Shown one piece after another: positions 19,301 to 31,076 of a stretch of 64,000 nt of DNA. Location of the stretch: NCBI GenBank assembly GCA_035695105.1, contig DASSEV010000016.1, positions 24,345 through 88,344 on the forward strand. The letters run 5' to 3'. Source of the DNA: Gaiellales bacterium (GTDB taxonomy: Bacteria; Actinomycetota; Thermoleophilia; Gaiellales; JAICJC01). The position numbers and the translations under genes were made by a program. Position 1 is the first letter of the stretch, and each line of letters starts with the position of its first letter. The notes beneath the pieces are model-generated. The model ran no database searches, was not told the DNA's origin, and saw only the letters and a list, made by a program, of their open reading frames with translations.

Positions 19301-19567
19301 GAGGACGAGCACGGGATGAGCAACGTGATCGTGTACCCAGACGTCTACGAGCGCGACCGCATCGCCGTGCGCGCCGAGCCGCTGCTCGAGATCACCGGCC
19401 GCCTCGAGCGGCGGGAGGGCACCATCAACGTGCTGGCCGAGCGGATCGTGCCGCTGCGCCATCCCGGGCGCAGCGAGATCGGCCCGGCCCCGGCCGAGGT
19501 GCAGGACATCGGCGAGCTGCGCGCGGCCGCGCCCCAGGCGAACAGCTTCGGGCGCGGTCGCAGGTAG
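16373..19567 (+). CDS. dnaE2: Error-prone DNA polymerase III alpha-like subunit DnaE2 (ImuC)
   Basis: Starts MIELHAHSCFSFLDGASQPHEL (PHP domain). It also shows GRGSSVGSIVCYLIGLSHVDP, PDIDLDF, HSGGMVIS, KIDLLGLGML, FQIESRAQM and an OB-fold tail. About 1064 aa with no tau/beta tail, as expected for DnaE2. A LexA box lies upstream. Confidence 0.92.
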   Translation: MIELHAHSCFSFLDGASQPHELAFRAAELGHTALALTDHDSLSGSLEFAHAARDCGLRPITGCEITLAGGAHLTLLAETAQGYRNLCRLLSLAYADDRLAPSVTLDQLAAHADGLHCLSGCARDGLVARAVAEGRVADAAAHARRLRGIFGRERFAIELQRPYWRGDARRNRLLSELADDLRLRTVATGDVHAHTARRAYLQDALVAIRLNTTLDACERERRGNREAVLRAPAELAARFPDEAVRGAVEVGERCRFDLTSDLGYSYPDFVSETGESAQQALRRICSDELERRYAGSPTVHEARRRLDEELALIDHHGLAGFFLLHRDILELARDVAVQVRGHSAARRLLPPGRGRGSSVGSIVCYLIGLSHVDPVAARLFLGRFLAKELASVPDIDLDFPRDIREGLILEIQRRYGDDHAALVAAFPTYRIRGAIRDLGKALALPQGEIERMARMTDGWDKGAESARLPELDSPRWRAFRFLMDEIMGLPRHISQHSGGMVISSTPLVELVPVLPAAMEGRRICQWDKDSCADAGFLKIDLLGLGMLSAVEECVDLIAATAAEPVDLSRVGFDDPDVYAEIQAGDTVGVFQIESRAQMQSIVRTKPESLDDLTVQVALVRPGPIVGKAVNPYISRRKHLREDPDYRIEFDHPLLEGPLGDTLGVIVYQDQVLEVAIALAGFTTGEAESLRRAMSRKRSHEALAVHRERFCDGAVANGVPRETVEMVFEKVLGFSGFGFPKSHAAAFAILAYQSAWLHLHHPAPFLCSLLNEQPMGFYPPATLLRDGERRGVAVLPPDINRSRAKCTLEDGSVRIGLGYVKGVGKAAEDVVAERERGGAFRDAGDLVRRAPVGRDVLAQLVRAGALEPFSSDRRRLLWEIRLHRAPEAGQLALALDASPAPLLPVQSAWERMVADHETMRLTTGPHPMALLRPALPERIRTSDDLRTDESGTTVTIAGIVVARQRPGTAQGIVFLLLEDEHGMSNVIVYPDVYERDRIAVRAEPLLEITGRLERREGTINVLAERIVPLRHPGRSEIGPAPAEVQDIGELRAAAPQANSFGRGRR

Positions 19568-19574
19568 CTATTCG

Positions 19575-19736
19575 CTAGCTGCCGAGCGCCAGCACGGTCG
19601 AGACGACCGCGTAGCAGAGGGCCAGCCAGGCGCACACCACCGCCACGACGCACACGAACGCGTGCTCCTGTGCCCATCCCATCATCCCCGTGCGCCCGTA
19701 CTCGAACGCATCCGCCGTCCTGCTGATCCCCCGCAT
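19575..19736 (-). CDS. Small membrane protein (53 aa), paralog 1
   Basis: MRGISRTADAFEYGRTGMMGWAQEHAFVCVVAVVCAWLALCYAVVSTVLALGS. GGGGAG lies 6 nt upstream of the ATG. It shares the EYG...WAQE...TM pattern with the neighbouring mini-ORF. Confidence 0.5.
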   Translation of the reverse strand: MRGISRTADAFEYGRTGMMGWAQEHAFVCVVAVVCAWLALCYAVVSTVLALGS

Positions 19737-19800
19737 CACGAACTCCCCGGTAGTGGCTGACCTAGACCCAAGAGAGTCATCGCCCGGCCCGCTGGCGGGT

Positions 19801-19818
19801 GCACCCCCGGAAGGGTGC
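19801..19818 (-). terminator. Short hairpin after small-ORF paralog 2
   Basis: GCACCC-ccggaa-GGGTGC, 17 nt downstream of the paralog 2 stop codon. Confidence 0.35.
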
Positions 19819-19834
19819 TTGTCCGCCGGCGAGC

Positions 19835-19999
19835 TCACAGAAACAGCGAGTAGACGGTGTTGAGCGCGATGATGAACGACAGCCAGACGAGCAGCACGCA
19901 GCACACGGCCAGCACGGGACGCTCCTGTGCCCACTCGAGCACCCTGGCGCTCTCGCCGTACTCGTCCGACTCCTCTTCACCCACGTCGAACCAGCGCAT
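19835..19999 (-). CDS. Small membrane protein (54 aa), paralog 2; absent from the ORF track
   Basis: Hand translation gives MRWFDVGEEESDEYGESARVLEWAQERPVLAVCCVLLVWLSFIIALNTVYSLFL*. A strong purine-rich SD (GGAGAGGAAGGGGG) lies just upstream of the ATG at 19999. Confidence 0.5.
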   Translation of the reverse strand: MRWFDVGEEESDEYGESARVLEWAQERPVLAVCCVLLVWLSFIIALNTVYSLFL

Positions 20000-20074
20000 G
20001 GAAGACCCCCTTCCTCTCCACTCCGAGCGTGCCCGGGAGCCGCGCTCCCTGCCACCCCCGGACGGGGGGTTCGC

Positions 20075-20796
20075 TCAGGCGGTGATCAGCGCCACGCCGG
20101 CGTCGACGTCGGCCACGGTGGGCACGATCTCGAGCGCGCTCTCGCGGGCGCAGAACCGCACGTCGTCGTAGAGGTCGGCGGCACGCAGGTTGCGGGCGCT
20201 CTGCGATGAGGCCAGCCCGTCGCCGCTCGACTCGAAGCTGCGCGCGAGCGCCTCGGCCGCCTCGGCGGCGTCGCTGCGCTCCCACTCCGCCAGCCACACC
20301 GACAGCTCCTGCACGTAGCGTCCCGCGGTGTAGGCGTCGTCCATCGTGAACGCGCCCCGCACCCCTGCGCACTGGACGAGCACGTCGCCCTGGCGCTCGC
20401 GCGCCACCCGCGCCACCTGCGCCGCGCACGACGTCAGGTTCGCGAGGCTCCCGATCGCCACGGTCTCGGCGTGCGCCGCCGCGGTCACGATCGCCCGCGT
20501 CCCGTTGGTGGTCGTGATCACCAGCGTGTCGCCGAGCGGCGCTCCCTCGAACTCCCGTGGCGAGTTGCCGAGGTCGAACCCCTCCGGCTTGACGCACTTC
20601 CGCTCCCCGGCGAGCACCGCGCCGCCGTCGACGCGCCGCGCCAGCTCGCGGGCCTGCTCCAGCTCGCCGCACGCCAGCACACGACGGTAGCCCTGCGTCA
20701 GCGCGTAGGCGATGGTCGTGGTCGCCCGCAGCACGTCGATCACCACCGCGACAGCCGCATCGTCCGGCTGCCCCGGCGTGAACGCCACGTCGATCC

Positions 20797-20800
<4 letters not shown>
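20075..20800 (-). CDS. 2-phosphosulfolactate phosphatase (ComB) family protein
   Basis: 241 aa: VVIDVLRATTTIAYAL...GFDLGNSP...VITTTNGTRAI...DAYTAG, typical ComB-family motifs. Confidence 0.8.
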
Positions 20801-23423
<2,623 letters not shown>

Positions 23424-23427
<4 letters not shown>

Positions 23428-24275
23428 CCGGAGGACAGCGCACCCTCGAGTGCGGCCCGCCGCCGTTCCTCGACCAGCTCGGCGCAGCGCGCGGCGGCTT
23501 CCTCGATCGCCAGCTTCGTCACGTCGATGACGGGGCACCCCAGGCGCTTGTGCAGCTTGGCCGTCGTTTCCAGCTCGTCGTAGATCTCGGTCAGGTCGGC
23601 GTAGCTCGAGCCCGGACCGGCGGCCAGTGCGCGCACCCGGCGGCGGCGGATCTCGGCCAGGCGGTCGGCATCGATGGTCAGCCCGACGATCTTCCAGGGC
23701 TCGACGGTGAACAGCGACGGGGGCGGGTCGATGCCCTTGACGATGGGGATGTTCGCCGCCATCAGGCCCATGTACCCGAGATGCATGGAGGTCGGCGTCT
23801 TCGAGGTGCGCGAGACGCCGACCAGCACGATGTCGGCCTGGTGCAGGTCGTCGGCGCCGCGGCCGTCGTCGTGCTTGACCGCGAACTCGATGGCGGCGAT
23901 CCGGCGGAAGTACTGGGCGTCGAGCGGCGCCTGTCTCCCCGGCACCTGCATCGCCTGCAGACCGGAGGCGGTGGTGATCGCGTTCAGCGCGGGGCCGAGC
24001 ACGTCGAGCGCGACCAGCCGGTGCTCGCGTGAGATCTCGACCACCGCCTCTCGCAGCGAGGGATCCACCAGCGTGTAGAAGACGGCGGCACGCCGGCCGG
24101 CCGCTGCCTCGAGCGCGCGCGCCAGCTGCTCGCGCGTCTTGACCCGGGCGTGGCGGTGCAGCTCGATCTCCGAGTCGCCGAACTGGCTCTGCGCGGCCCG
24201 CGCCACCCGGGCGGCCGTGTCGCCGGTCGAGTCGGAGACGATGTGGATCTCGAGCAGGTCGGGCACCTGAGGCAC
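23424..24275 (-). CDS. Pyruvate, phosphate dikinase regulatory protein (PDRP, bifunctional kinase/pyrophosphorylase, DUF299)
   Basis: Only the C-terminal ~283 aa of the 627-aa track ORF are real: IHIVSDSTGDTAARVARAA...ADIVLVGVSRTSKTPTSMHLGY..., which includes a P-loop. It lies immediately upstream of ppdK. The GTG start is at 24275 or 24266. Confidence 0.85.
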
Positions 24276-24317
24276 TCTATCGCCGGGACGGCGGTCGAAG
24301 TGCGGTATACAGGGCCG

Positions 24318-25742
24318 GTGCGCGACGTGGTGGTGATCGGCGGCGGGGTTGTCGGGTGCGCCGTCGCCTGGCGGCTGTCGACGACCGGCGCGTCGGTGAC
24401 GCTGGTCGAGGCGGCGCACGACCTGTGCGAGGGAGCGTCCAAGGGCAACACCGGCATCACCACCAGCGGGGCGGATTGCCGGCCGGGCACCCTCGAGGCG
24501 GAGCTGGTCAGGCGCTCCAGCCCGGGCTGGGAGGCGCTGTGCGCGAGGCTGGACACGCCGTTTCACCGGATCGGCACGCTGGCCGTCGCGGTCACCGCCG
24601 AGGAGGAGGCGCGGCTCCCGGCGCTGCTCGACGAGGCGCGGACGAACGGCGCCCCCGCCGAGATCGTGAGCGGCGAGGCGGCGAGGCGGCTGGAGCCGCT
24701 GGTGACATCCGAGGCGCGCGCGGCGCTGCACTTCCCCGAGGACGGCATCATCGACTCGATCCGCCTCACCATCGGCTACGCCGAGCTGGCCGCGCGAAAC
24801 GGCGTCGAGGTGCTGCGCTCGTCGCCGGTGACGGGCTTCGAGCGCGACGGCGAGCGGATCACGGCGGTGCTCGCGGGAGACCGGCGGATCGGGGCGCGGG
24901 CCGTCGTCAACGCCGCCGGGCTCGGTGCCGGCCGCATCTCGGAGCTGGCCGGCGGCGAGCCGTTCGCGATGTGGCCGCGGCAGGGCCAGTACTGGCTGCT
25001 CGACCGTGAGCTCGGCGGCCGCTTCCGTAAGGTGATCGGCGGGGTGCCGACCGAGACGACGCGCGGCATCTACTGCGTGCCCACCACCAACCGCTCGCTC
25101 CTCCTGGGGCCGACCGCGGTCGATCACGACGACCCCTCCGACCGTGCCGTCGACCGCGGGACGCTCGAGGCGGTGTTCGAGGCGGCACAGCGGCTCGTCC
25201 CTGCGGTTCGCCGCGAGTACGCGATCAAGACGTTCGCCGCCAACCGGCCGGCCTCCGATCCGGTCTACCGCGTCGGCCGGGACGGCCGCGTCGCGAACCT
25301 CGTCCACGCCGCAGCCATCCGCTCGACCGGGGTGTCGTCCTCACCGGCCGTGGCTGAGCTGGTGCGCTCCACGCTCGAGGAGATCGGGCTGCCGGTCGGC
25401 GATGACCGGCCGAACGCGCAGACGGCCCTCGAGCCGCTGCCACGCCTGCTCGGGCATCCGGATCCGGACGAGCTGATCCGCCGCGATGCCCGCTACGGGC
25501 AGGTGATCTGCGCCTGCGAGCAGGTGACCGCCGCCGAGATCGCGGCGGCCCACCGCATGGCCGTGCCCGCGACATCGCTCGAGGGCGTGCGCAAGCGCAC
25601 GCGGGCGACGGGGGGCCGCTGCCAGGGCGCGTTCTGCCTGGCCGGCGTGTCGTTTCTGCACTCGATCGAGGCGGGGCGCCGGCCGGAGCAGATCGCGGTC
25701 TCGGAGCCGGCGTCCACGCTGGGAGTGCCCGCCGGTGGGTGA
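24318..25742 (+). CDS. FAD-dependent glycerol-3-phosphate dehydrogenase/oxidase-like subunit with a C-terminal BFD-like [2Fe-2S] domain
   Basis: DVVVIGGGVVGCAVAWRL is a dinucleotide fold, followed by a DAO-like body. The C-terminal ICACEQVTAAEI...RATGGRCQGAFC is a BFD-like Cys cluster. It is in an operon with glpK. The GTG start is at 24318 or 24300. Confidence 0.78.
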   Translation: MRDVVVIGGGVVGCAVAWRLSTTGASVTLVEAAHDLCEGASKGNTGITTSGADCRPGTLEAELVRRSSPGWEALCARLDTPFHRIGTLAVAVTAEEEARLPALLDEARTNGAPAEIVSGEAARRLEPLVTSEARAALHFPEDGIIDSIRLTIGYAELAARNGVEVLRSSPVTGFERDGERITAVLAGDRRIGARAVVNAAGLGAGRISELAGGEPFAMWPRQGQYWLLDRELGGRFRKVIGGVPTETTRGIYCVPTTNRSLLLGPTAVDHDDPSDRAVDRGTLEAVFEAAQRLVPAVRREYAIKTFAANRPASDPVYRVGRDGRVANLVHAAAIRSTGVSSSPAVAELVRSTLEEIGLPVGDDRPNAQTALEPLPRLLGHPDPDELIRRDARYGQVICACEQVTAAEIAAAHRMAVPATSLEGVRKRTRATGGRCQGAFCLAGVSFLHSIEAGRRPEQIAVSEPASTLGVPAGG

Positions 25743-26532
25743 GCCCGCGGTGGTGGTCGTCGGTGCCGGCATCACCGGGCTCAGCTGCGCTGCGGAGCTC
25801 CGAGGGCACGCCGCCGTCACGGTCGTCGACCGGGTGCCGGTGCCCGGGGGCGTGCACGGATGGCAGGCGCCGGAGACGCATGAGCTGACGGCGGCAGCGG
25901 ACGCCCGGCTCGTGCTGGGAGCGACCGCCGTGCGCTGGGACGGCGAGCGGCTGCTGGTGATCGGCCAGGACGGCGCGGAGCTGCTGCCGGCGGCGGCGCT
26001 CGTGGTCGCGACCGGGACGCGGCCGCTCGGCCGGGCCGAGCTCGGGATCGCCGGCCCACGGCCGGCCGGCGTCGTGGCGGCGACGGTCGCCGCCCACCTG
26101 GCGGAGAACGGGCTGCTGGTCGGGCGCCGGCCGCTGATCGTCGGCGGCGGCGACTGGGCCCTGCGGTCGGCCGAGGAGCTGCTCCACGCCGGCGCGGAGT
26201 CGGTCACCGTGGCGGCCCCGGACGGCGTGCTGGCGCCGCCGTTGGCCGGCGGTGGCCCCCGCCTGCGGCTGATGCCGGGCGCGCGGCCGGTCGCGGTGGG
26301 GGGCGGCGCCCGGGTGGAGCAGGTGGAGCTCGCAGGCGGCGATCGGGTCGAGTGCGACGCGCTGGTGCTCGCGCACGGCGTCGTCCCGCTGCGCAACGTC
26401 GACGGGGCGGTCTGGGAGGGGCCGCGAACCGTGTACGCACAGCCGCTCCACGACCCGGCCACGGTCGATGGTGCCCGCTCGGCGGGCAGGGACGCCGCGA
26501 GGGCCGTACGATCCCTGCTCGAGAGCCCATGA
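25735..26532 (+). CDS. Short FAD/NAD(P)-binding oxidoreductase subunit (pyridine nucleotide-disulfide oxidoreductase-like)
   Basis: 265 aa with VVVVGAGITGLSCAAEL and a second Rossmann motif, IVGGGDWALRSAEELL. It overlaps its upstream neighbour by 8 nt and its downstream neighbour by ATGA. Confidence 0.7.
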   Translation: MGEPAVVVVGAGITGLSCAAELRGHAAVTVVDRVPVPGGVHGWQAPETHELTAAADARLVLGATAVRWDGERLLVIGQDGAELLPAAALVVATGTRPLGRAELGIAGPRPAGVVAATVAAHLAENGLLVGRRPLIVGGGDWALRSAEELLHAGAESVTVAAPDGVLAPPLAGGGPRLRLMPGARPVAVGGGARVEQVELAGGDRVECDALVLAHGVVPLRNVDGAVWEGPRTVYAQPLHDPATVDGARSAGRDAARAVRSLLESP

Positions 26533-26744
26533 AGGTGACATCGCCCATCGGAGAGCTGCCCTTCACCGTCCGCGGTGTGACGTTCGAGGACGGGCACGTG
26601 GTCGTGCAAGGCGAGCTGGGCGCCTGGCGGTCGCGGATCGAGGTCAGCCGCGGGGACATCCCGATGCTTGCCCGTGCCTTCCGTGGCCCGCTGATCGCGG
26701 CCGGCGCCGCAGCCGCGGCGCTCGTGCTCCTGCGGCGGCTGTGA
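26529..26744 (+). CDS. Small protein (71 aa) with a hydrophobic C-terminal tail, hypothetical
   Basis: MKVTSPIGELPFTVRGVTFEDGHVVVQGELGAWRSRIEVSRGDIPMLARAFRGPLIAAGAAAAALVLLRRL. It is embedded by ATGA and GTGA overlaps between the oxidoreductase and glpK. Confidence 0.45.
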   Translation: MKVTSPIGELPFTVRGVTFEDGHVVVQGELGAWRSRIEVSRGDIPMLARAFRGPLIAAGAAAAALVLLRRL

Positions 26745-28174
26745 CCGTCCTCGTCGGGGTCGACCAGGGCACGACCGGGACACGGGCTGTCGCCTTCGAC
26801 CTGGCGCTGCAGCAGCTCGCCGAGAGCTACCACGCCGCCGAGGTCACCCATCCCCGGCCCGGGTGGATCGAGAAGGACGCGGCCCGCACGGTCGAGTCGG
26901 TGCACGCCGCGCTGGCGGGTCTGCGCGAGCAGCTGGACGGCGAGATCGCCGCCGTCGGGCTCGACAACGAGGGCGAGACGGTGGTTGCGTGGGACGCGCA
27001 CACGCTCGAGCCGCTCGCGCCGGCGGTGGTATGGGGGTCGCGGGCGTCGCAGCCGGTCGTCGACCGGCTGGCGGAGCAGGGGCGCGGAGACCGGATCGAG
27101 CAGCTGTCCGGCCTGCCGCTCGACCCCTACTTCTCGGCCACGAAGATGCGCTGGCTGGTCGAGGAGGACGAGCGGGTGTCGGCGGCCGCGCAGGCGGGGC
27201 GGCTGCGCGTGGGGACGTTCGACGCGTTCATCACGGCGCGTCTGGGCGGCCGGGCGCGGACGGAGCCGTCGACCGCCGGGCGGACGCAGCTCCAGGCGCT
27301 GCGAGCCCCGGGCGAGTGGGACGCCGAGCTGCTCGAGCTGCACGGCATCGAAGCGGCCTGGCTCCCGGAGATCGGGCCGTCCGTGGGTGCGCTGGGAGAG
27401 ATCGACGGCCTGCCGCTGCACGCGCTGCTGGTCGACCAGACGGCGTCGCTCGCCGGCCACGGGTGCTTCGCAGCCGGTGAGGCGAAGGCGACGTATGGCA
27501 CCGGCATCTTCCTGCTCCAGCAGGCCGGTGCGACCGTGTCGGGCGAGCCGGACGGCCTCATCCCGATCGTCGCCTGGGAGCTCGGCGGCCGGACGTCGTT
27601 CGCGCTCGACGGTGGCGTGTTCTCGGCCGGCACGGTCGTGACCTGGCTGCGGGAGGGGCTCGAGGCGCTCGGCAGTGCGGCCGAGAGCGAGGCGCTGGCG
27701 CGATCGGTGCCGGACACCGGCGGCGTGCGGTTCCTGCCCGCGCTGGCGGGGATGGGTGCGCCGTGGTGGCTACCCGACGCGCGGGCCGTGATCGCGGGCA
27801 TCACCGCGGGTACGACGCGGGCGCACATCGTCCGGGCGGCGCTGGACGCGCTCTGCTTCCGGGTGCGCGACATCGTCGACCGGTTGCCCGCGCGGCCGCA
27901 GCTGCTGCGGGTGGACGGCGGTCTGACGGCCAACGGCTACCTCGTGCAGCGGCAGGCCGACGTGCTGGGAATGCCGGTGCTGGTCGCGGATGTCGCCGAG
28001 ACGACGGCGCTCGGCGCCGCGGCGATGGCCGGGATCGGGGCCGGATTGCTCACCGAGTCGGACATCGTCGCGGCGGTGGGCGTGGGCCGCCGCGTGGAGC
28101 CACGGGACGCCGGCGGGGCGGACGCCGACTACCGGGAGTGGCGGCGCTTCGCGGAGCGGGCGTCGCGCCTGTGA
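26741..28174 (+). CDS. glpK: Glycerol kinase
   Basis: VLVGVDQGTTGTRAVAF, PGWIEKD, YFSATKMRWL, ATYGTGIFLL and RVDGGLTANGYLVQRQADVLG form the FGGY kinase pattern. The GTG start at 26741 overlaps the preceding TGA. Confidence 0.9.
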   Translation: MTVLVGVDQGTTGTRAVAFDLALQQLAESYHAAEVTHPRPGWIEKDAARTVESVHAALAGLREQLDGEIAAVGLDNEGETVVAWDAHTLEPLAPAVVWGSRASQPVVDRLAEQGRGDRIEQLSGLPLDPYFSATKMRWLVEEDERVSAAAQAGRLRVGTFDAFITARLGGRARTEPSTAGRTQLQALRAPGEWDAELLELHGIEAAWLPEIGPSVGALGEIDGLPLHALLVDQTASLAGHGCFAAGEAKATYGTGIFLLQQAGATVSGEPDGLIPIVAWELGGRTSFALDGGVFSAGTVVTWLREGLEALGSAAESEALARSVPDTGGVRFLPALAGMGAPWWLPDARAVIAGITAGTTRAHIVRAALDALCFRVRDIVDRLPARPQLLRVDGGLTANGYLVQRQADVLGMPVLVADVAETTALGAAAMAGIGAGLLTESDIVAAVGVGRRVEPRDAGGADADYREWRRFAERASRL

Positions 28175-28203
28175 ACCACTAGTGCCTGGCACTAATTGGT
28201 CAC
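28171..28203. repeat. 33-nt palindromic element, copy 1: GTGAAC-CACT-AGTGCCTGGCACT-AATT-GGTCAC
   Basis: It lies between the convergent glpK and glyS stops. The glpK TGA (28172..28174) lies inside the left GTGAAC arm. It shares 25 of 33 positions and identical architecture with the element at 55337..55369. Confidence 0.7.
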
Positions 28204-28207
28204 CCGG

Positions 28208-30218
28208 TCACCCGGGCAGCTGGTCGAAGTCGCCGACCAGGCGCAGCGTCGATGCCACGTCGAGCAGCAGCTTCAGCCGGTTCCCGCGCACCGCGGGATC
28301 CTCGGCCATCACCATCACCTTGTCGAAGAACTCGTTGATCGGGTCGACCAGGCCGCGGGCGGCGTCGAGCGCCGAGCCGTAGTCCCGCTGCGCAGCCGCG
28401 TCGGCGATCTCGATGTCGGCGCCCCCGAGCGCTGCGCAGAGCGCGCGCTCCTCGTCCATCTCGAACAGCGACGTGCGCAGCTCGGAGGCCGCCTCGTCAG
28501 CCGAGCGGGCGGTGATCCGGACGCAGCGCCCGTAGGCATCGCGCACCATGGCGAGCCGCTCGCTTCCGCGCGCGTCGCGCAGCGCACGGGAGAGCGCCGC
28601 CAGCGGCAGCGGCCCCGTCACGCCCGATCCGCGGGCGGCACGGATCTCCTCGACGGTAACGCCCTCCTCGAGCATCACGGGCTCCACCCGGTCGAGCACG
28701 AAGTCGACGGCGTCGGGCACCGCCTCGAGCGGCTTTCGCTTCAGCTCGTGCCCCTGCGCCACCAGCATGTGCACGGACTCGGCCATCAGGTCGACCAGCC
28801 CCAGCTCGTAGCCGCGGTCGAGGGCGATGGCGACGATGCCGGCAGCGGCACGGCGGAGCCCGTACGGATCACGGCTGCCGGTCGGCTGCGCGCCGAGCGC
28901 GAACGCGACCGCGATCGTGTCGGCCTTATCGGCGATCGAGAGCAAACCGCCCTCCACGCTCGCGGGTAGCGTCCCGCCGGCCTCGACCGGCATGTGGTGC
29001 TCCTCGACGGCCCGGCAGACCGCCGGCGGCTCCCCGGCCTCGGCCGCGTAGACCGAGCCGGCATAGCCCTGGAGATCCGAGAACTCCGCCACCAGGCTCG
29101 ACACGAGATCGGCCTTGCACAGCTCCGCCGCGCGTCCGACGGCCGCGCGCACGTCGGGGTCCACCTCGACCCGGTCGCACAGCTGGCCGGAAACCTCGCG
29201 CACGCGCTCGGACTTCTGCGCGAGCGACCCGGCGCCCTCGAGGAAGCTCACCCGCGGCAGCTCGGCAAGCATCGGCCCGATCCCCCGGTCACGATCCTTC
29301 CCGTAGGCGAACGCCCCGTCCTCGAGGCGGCCGACCAGCACCTCCTCGTTGCCGGCAACGACAACCTCGGGGACGCCGCCGTTCGCCACGAACGCGAAGC
29401 GAGCGTCGAGCCGGCCGGCGGCCACGATCGGGAAGTACCGCTGGTGCGACTGCATGACGGTCACCGCGAGCCGGTCGGGGAGCTCGAGGTACCGCTCGTC
29501 GAACCGGCCCTCGAGCACGACCGGCCACTCCACCAGGTACGTGACCTCGGCCAGCTTGCCCATCGGATCGATCCACTCACCGGTCTGCCCGAGGCCCTCA
29601 TCGATCAGCGAGCGCCGCTCGCCGGCATCGGCGATGACGTGGACGCCTCGCAGGTCGTCGAGGTAGGTGGCGGCCGACCCGATGCGCACCGCGCCGCGCG
29701 AGCGGTGTCCCTGGGAGTGGTCGCCGCTCGGCACACCCGCGCATTCGACGTCCACCACGTCGCCGTCCAGCTTGACCACCAGCCAGCGGATCGGGCGCGA
29801 GAACCGGCCTCCCGGCCAGCGCATCGTCTTGGAGAACTGGAAGCCGTCCACGATGCGCTTGACCACCTCCGGCACCAGCTCCCGGGCCGGCGTCGCCGTG
29901 CCGGCCGAGACCGCCCAGAGGAAGCCGTCGTCCCGCCGCTCCAGCTGGTCGGCCGACAGGCCGTGCTTGCGGGCGAAGCCCTCCCGGGCCTGGTCGGGCG
30001 CGTCGGCTCGCGGGCCGCGCACCTCGGACGCCGCCGCAGGGCGCTCCACGGGTACGGTCGCGATCAGGGCGATCCGGCGCGGCCCGACGTGGACGCGCGG
30101 GGACGAGCCGTCCAGTCCGGCAGCCGAGAGCGACCGCGACAGCAGGTCGGGCGCCTGCCGCTCCGCCTCGAGGCAGGCGACGGAGGGCAGCTCCTCGCAG
30201 CCGATCTCGACGAGCAGC

Positions 30219-30226
<8 letters not shown>
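28208..30226 (-). CDS. glyS: Glycine--tRNA ligase beta subunit
   Basis: 672 aa starting [15 protein letters not shown], followed by HQRYFPI and DPYGLRRAA. It lies downstream of glyQ with an 8-nt overlap. Confidence 0.92.

Positions 30227-31076
<850 letters not shown>

Noticed and set aside
24276-25307. Upstream 344 aa of the 627-aa ORF containing the PDRP gene
   Set aside because: Only the C-terminal ~283 aa match the kinase/pyrophosphorylase family. The upstream part is antisense to the well-supported glpA/D-like gene and is low-complexity.
28186-28200. TGGCAC in both palindromic elements as a possible sigma-54 (-24/-12) promoter
   Set aside because: The required TTGC at the correct spacing (TGGCAC-N5-TTGC) is absent at both sites (GGTC at 28171..28203 and GTTC at 55337..55369). 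The sites lie at gene 3' ends, and sigma-54 is not expected in this lineage.
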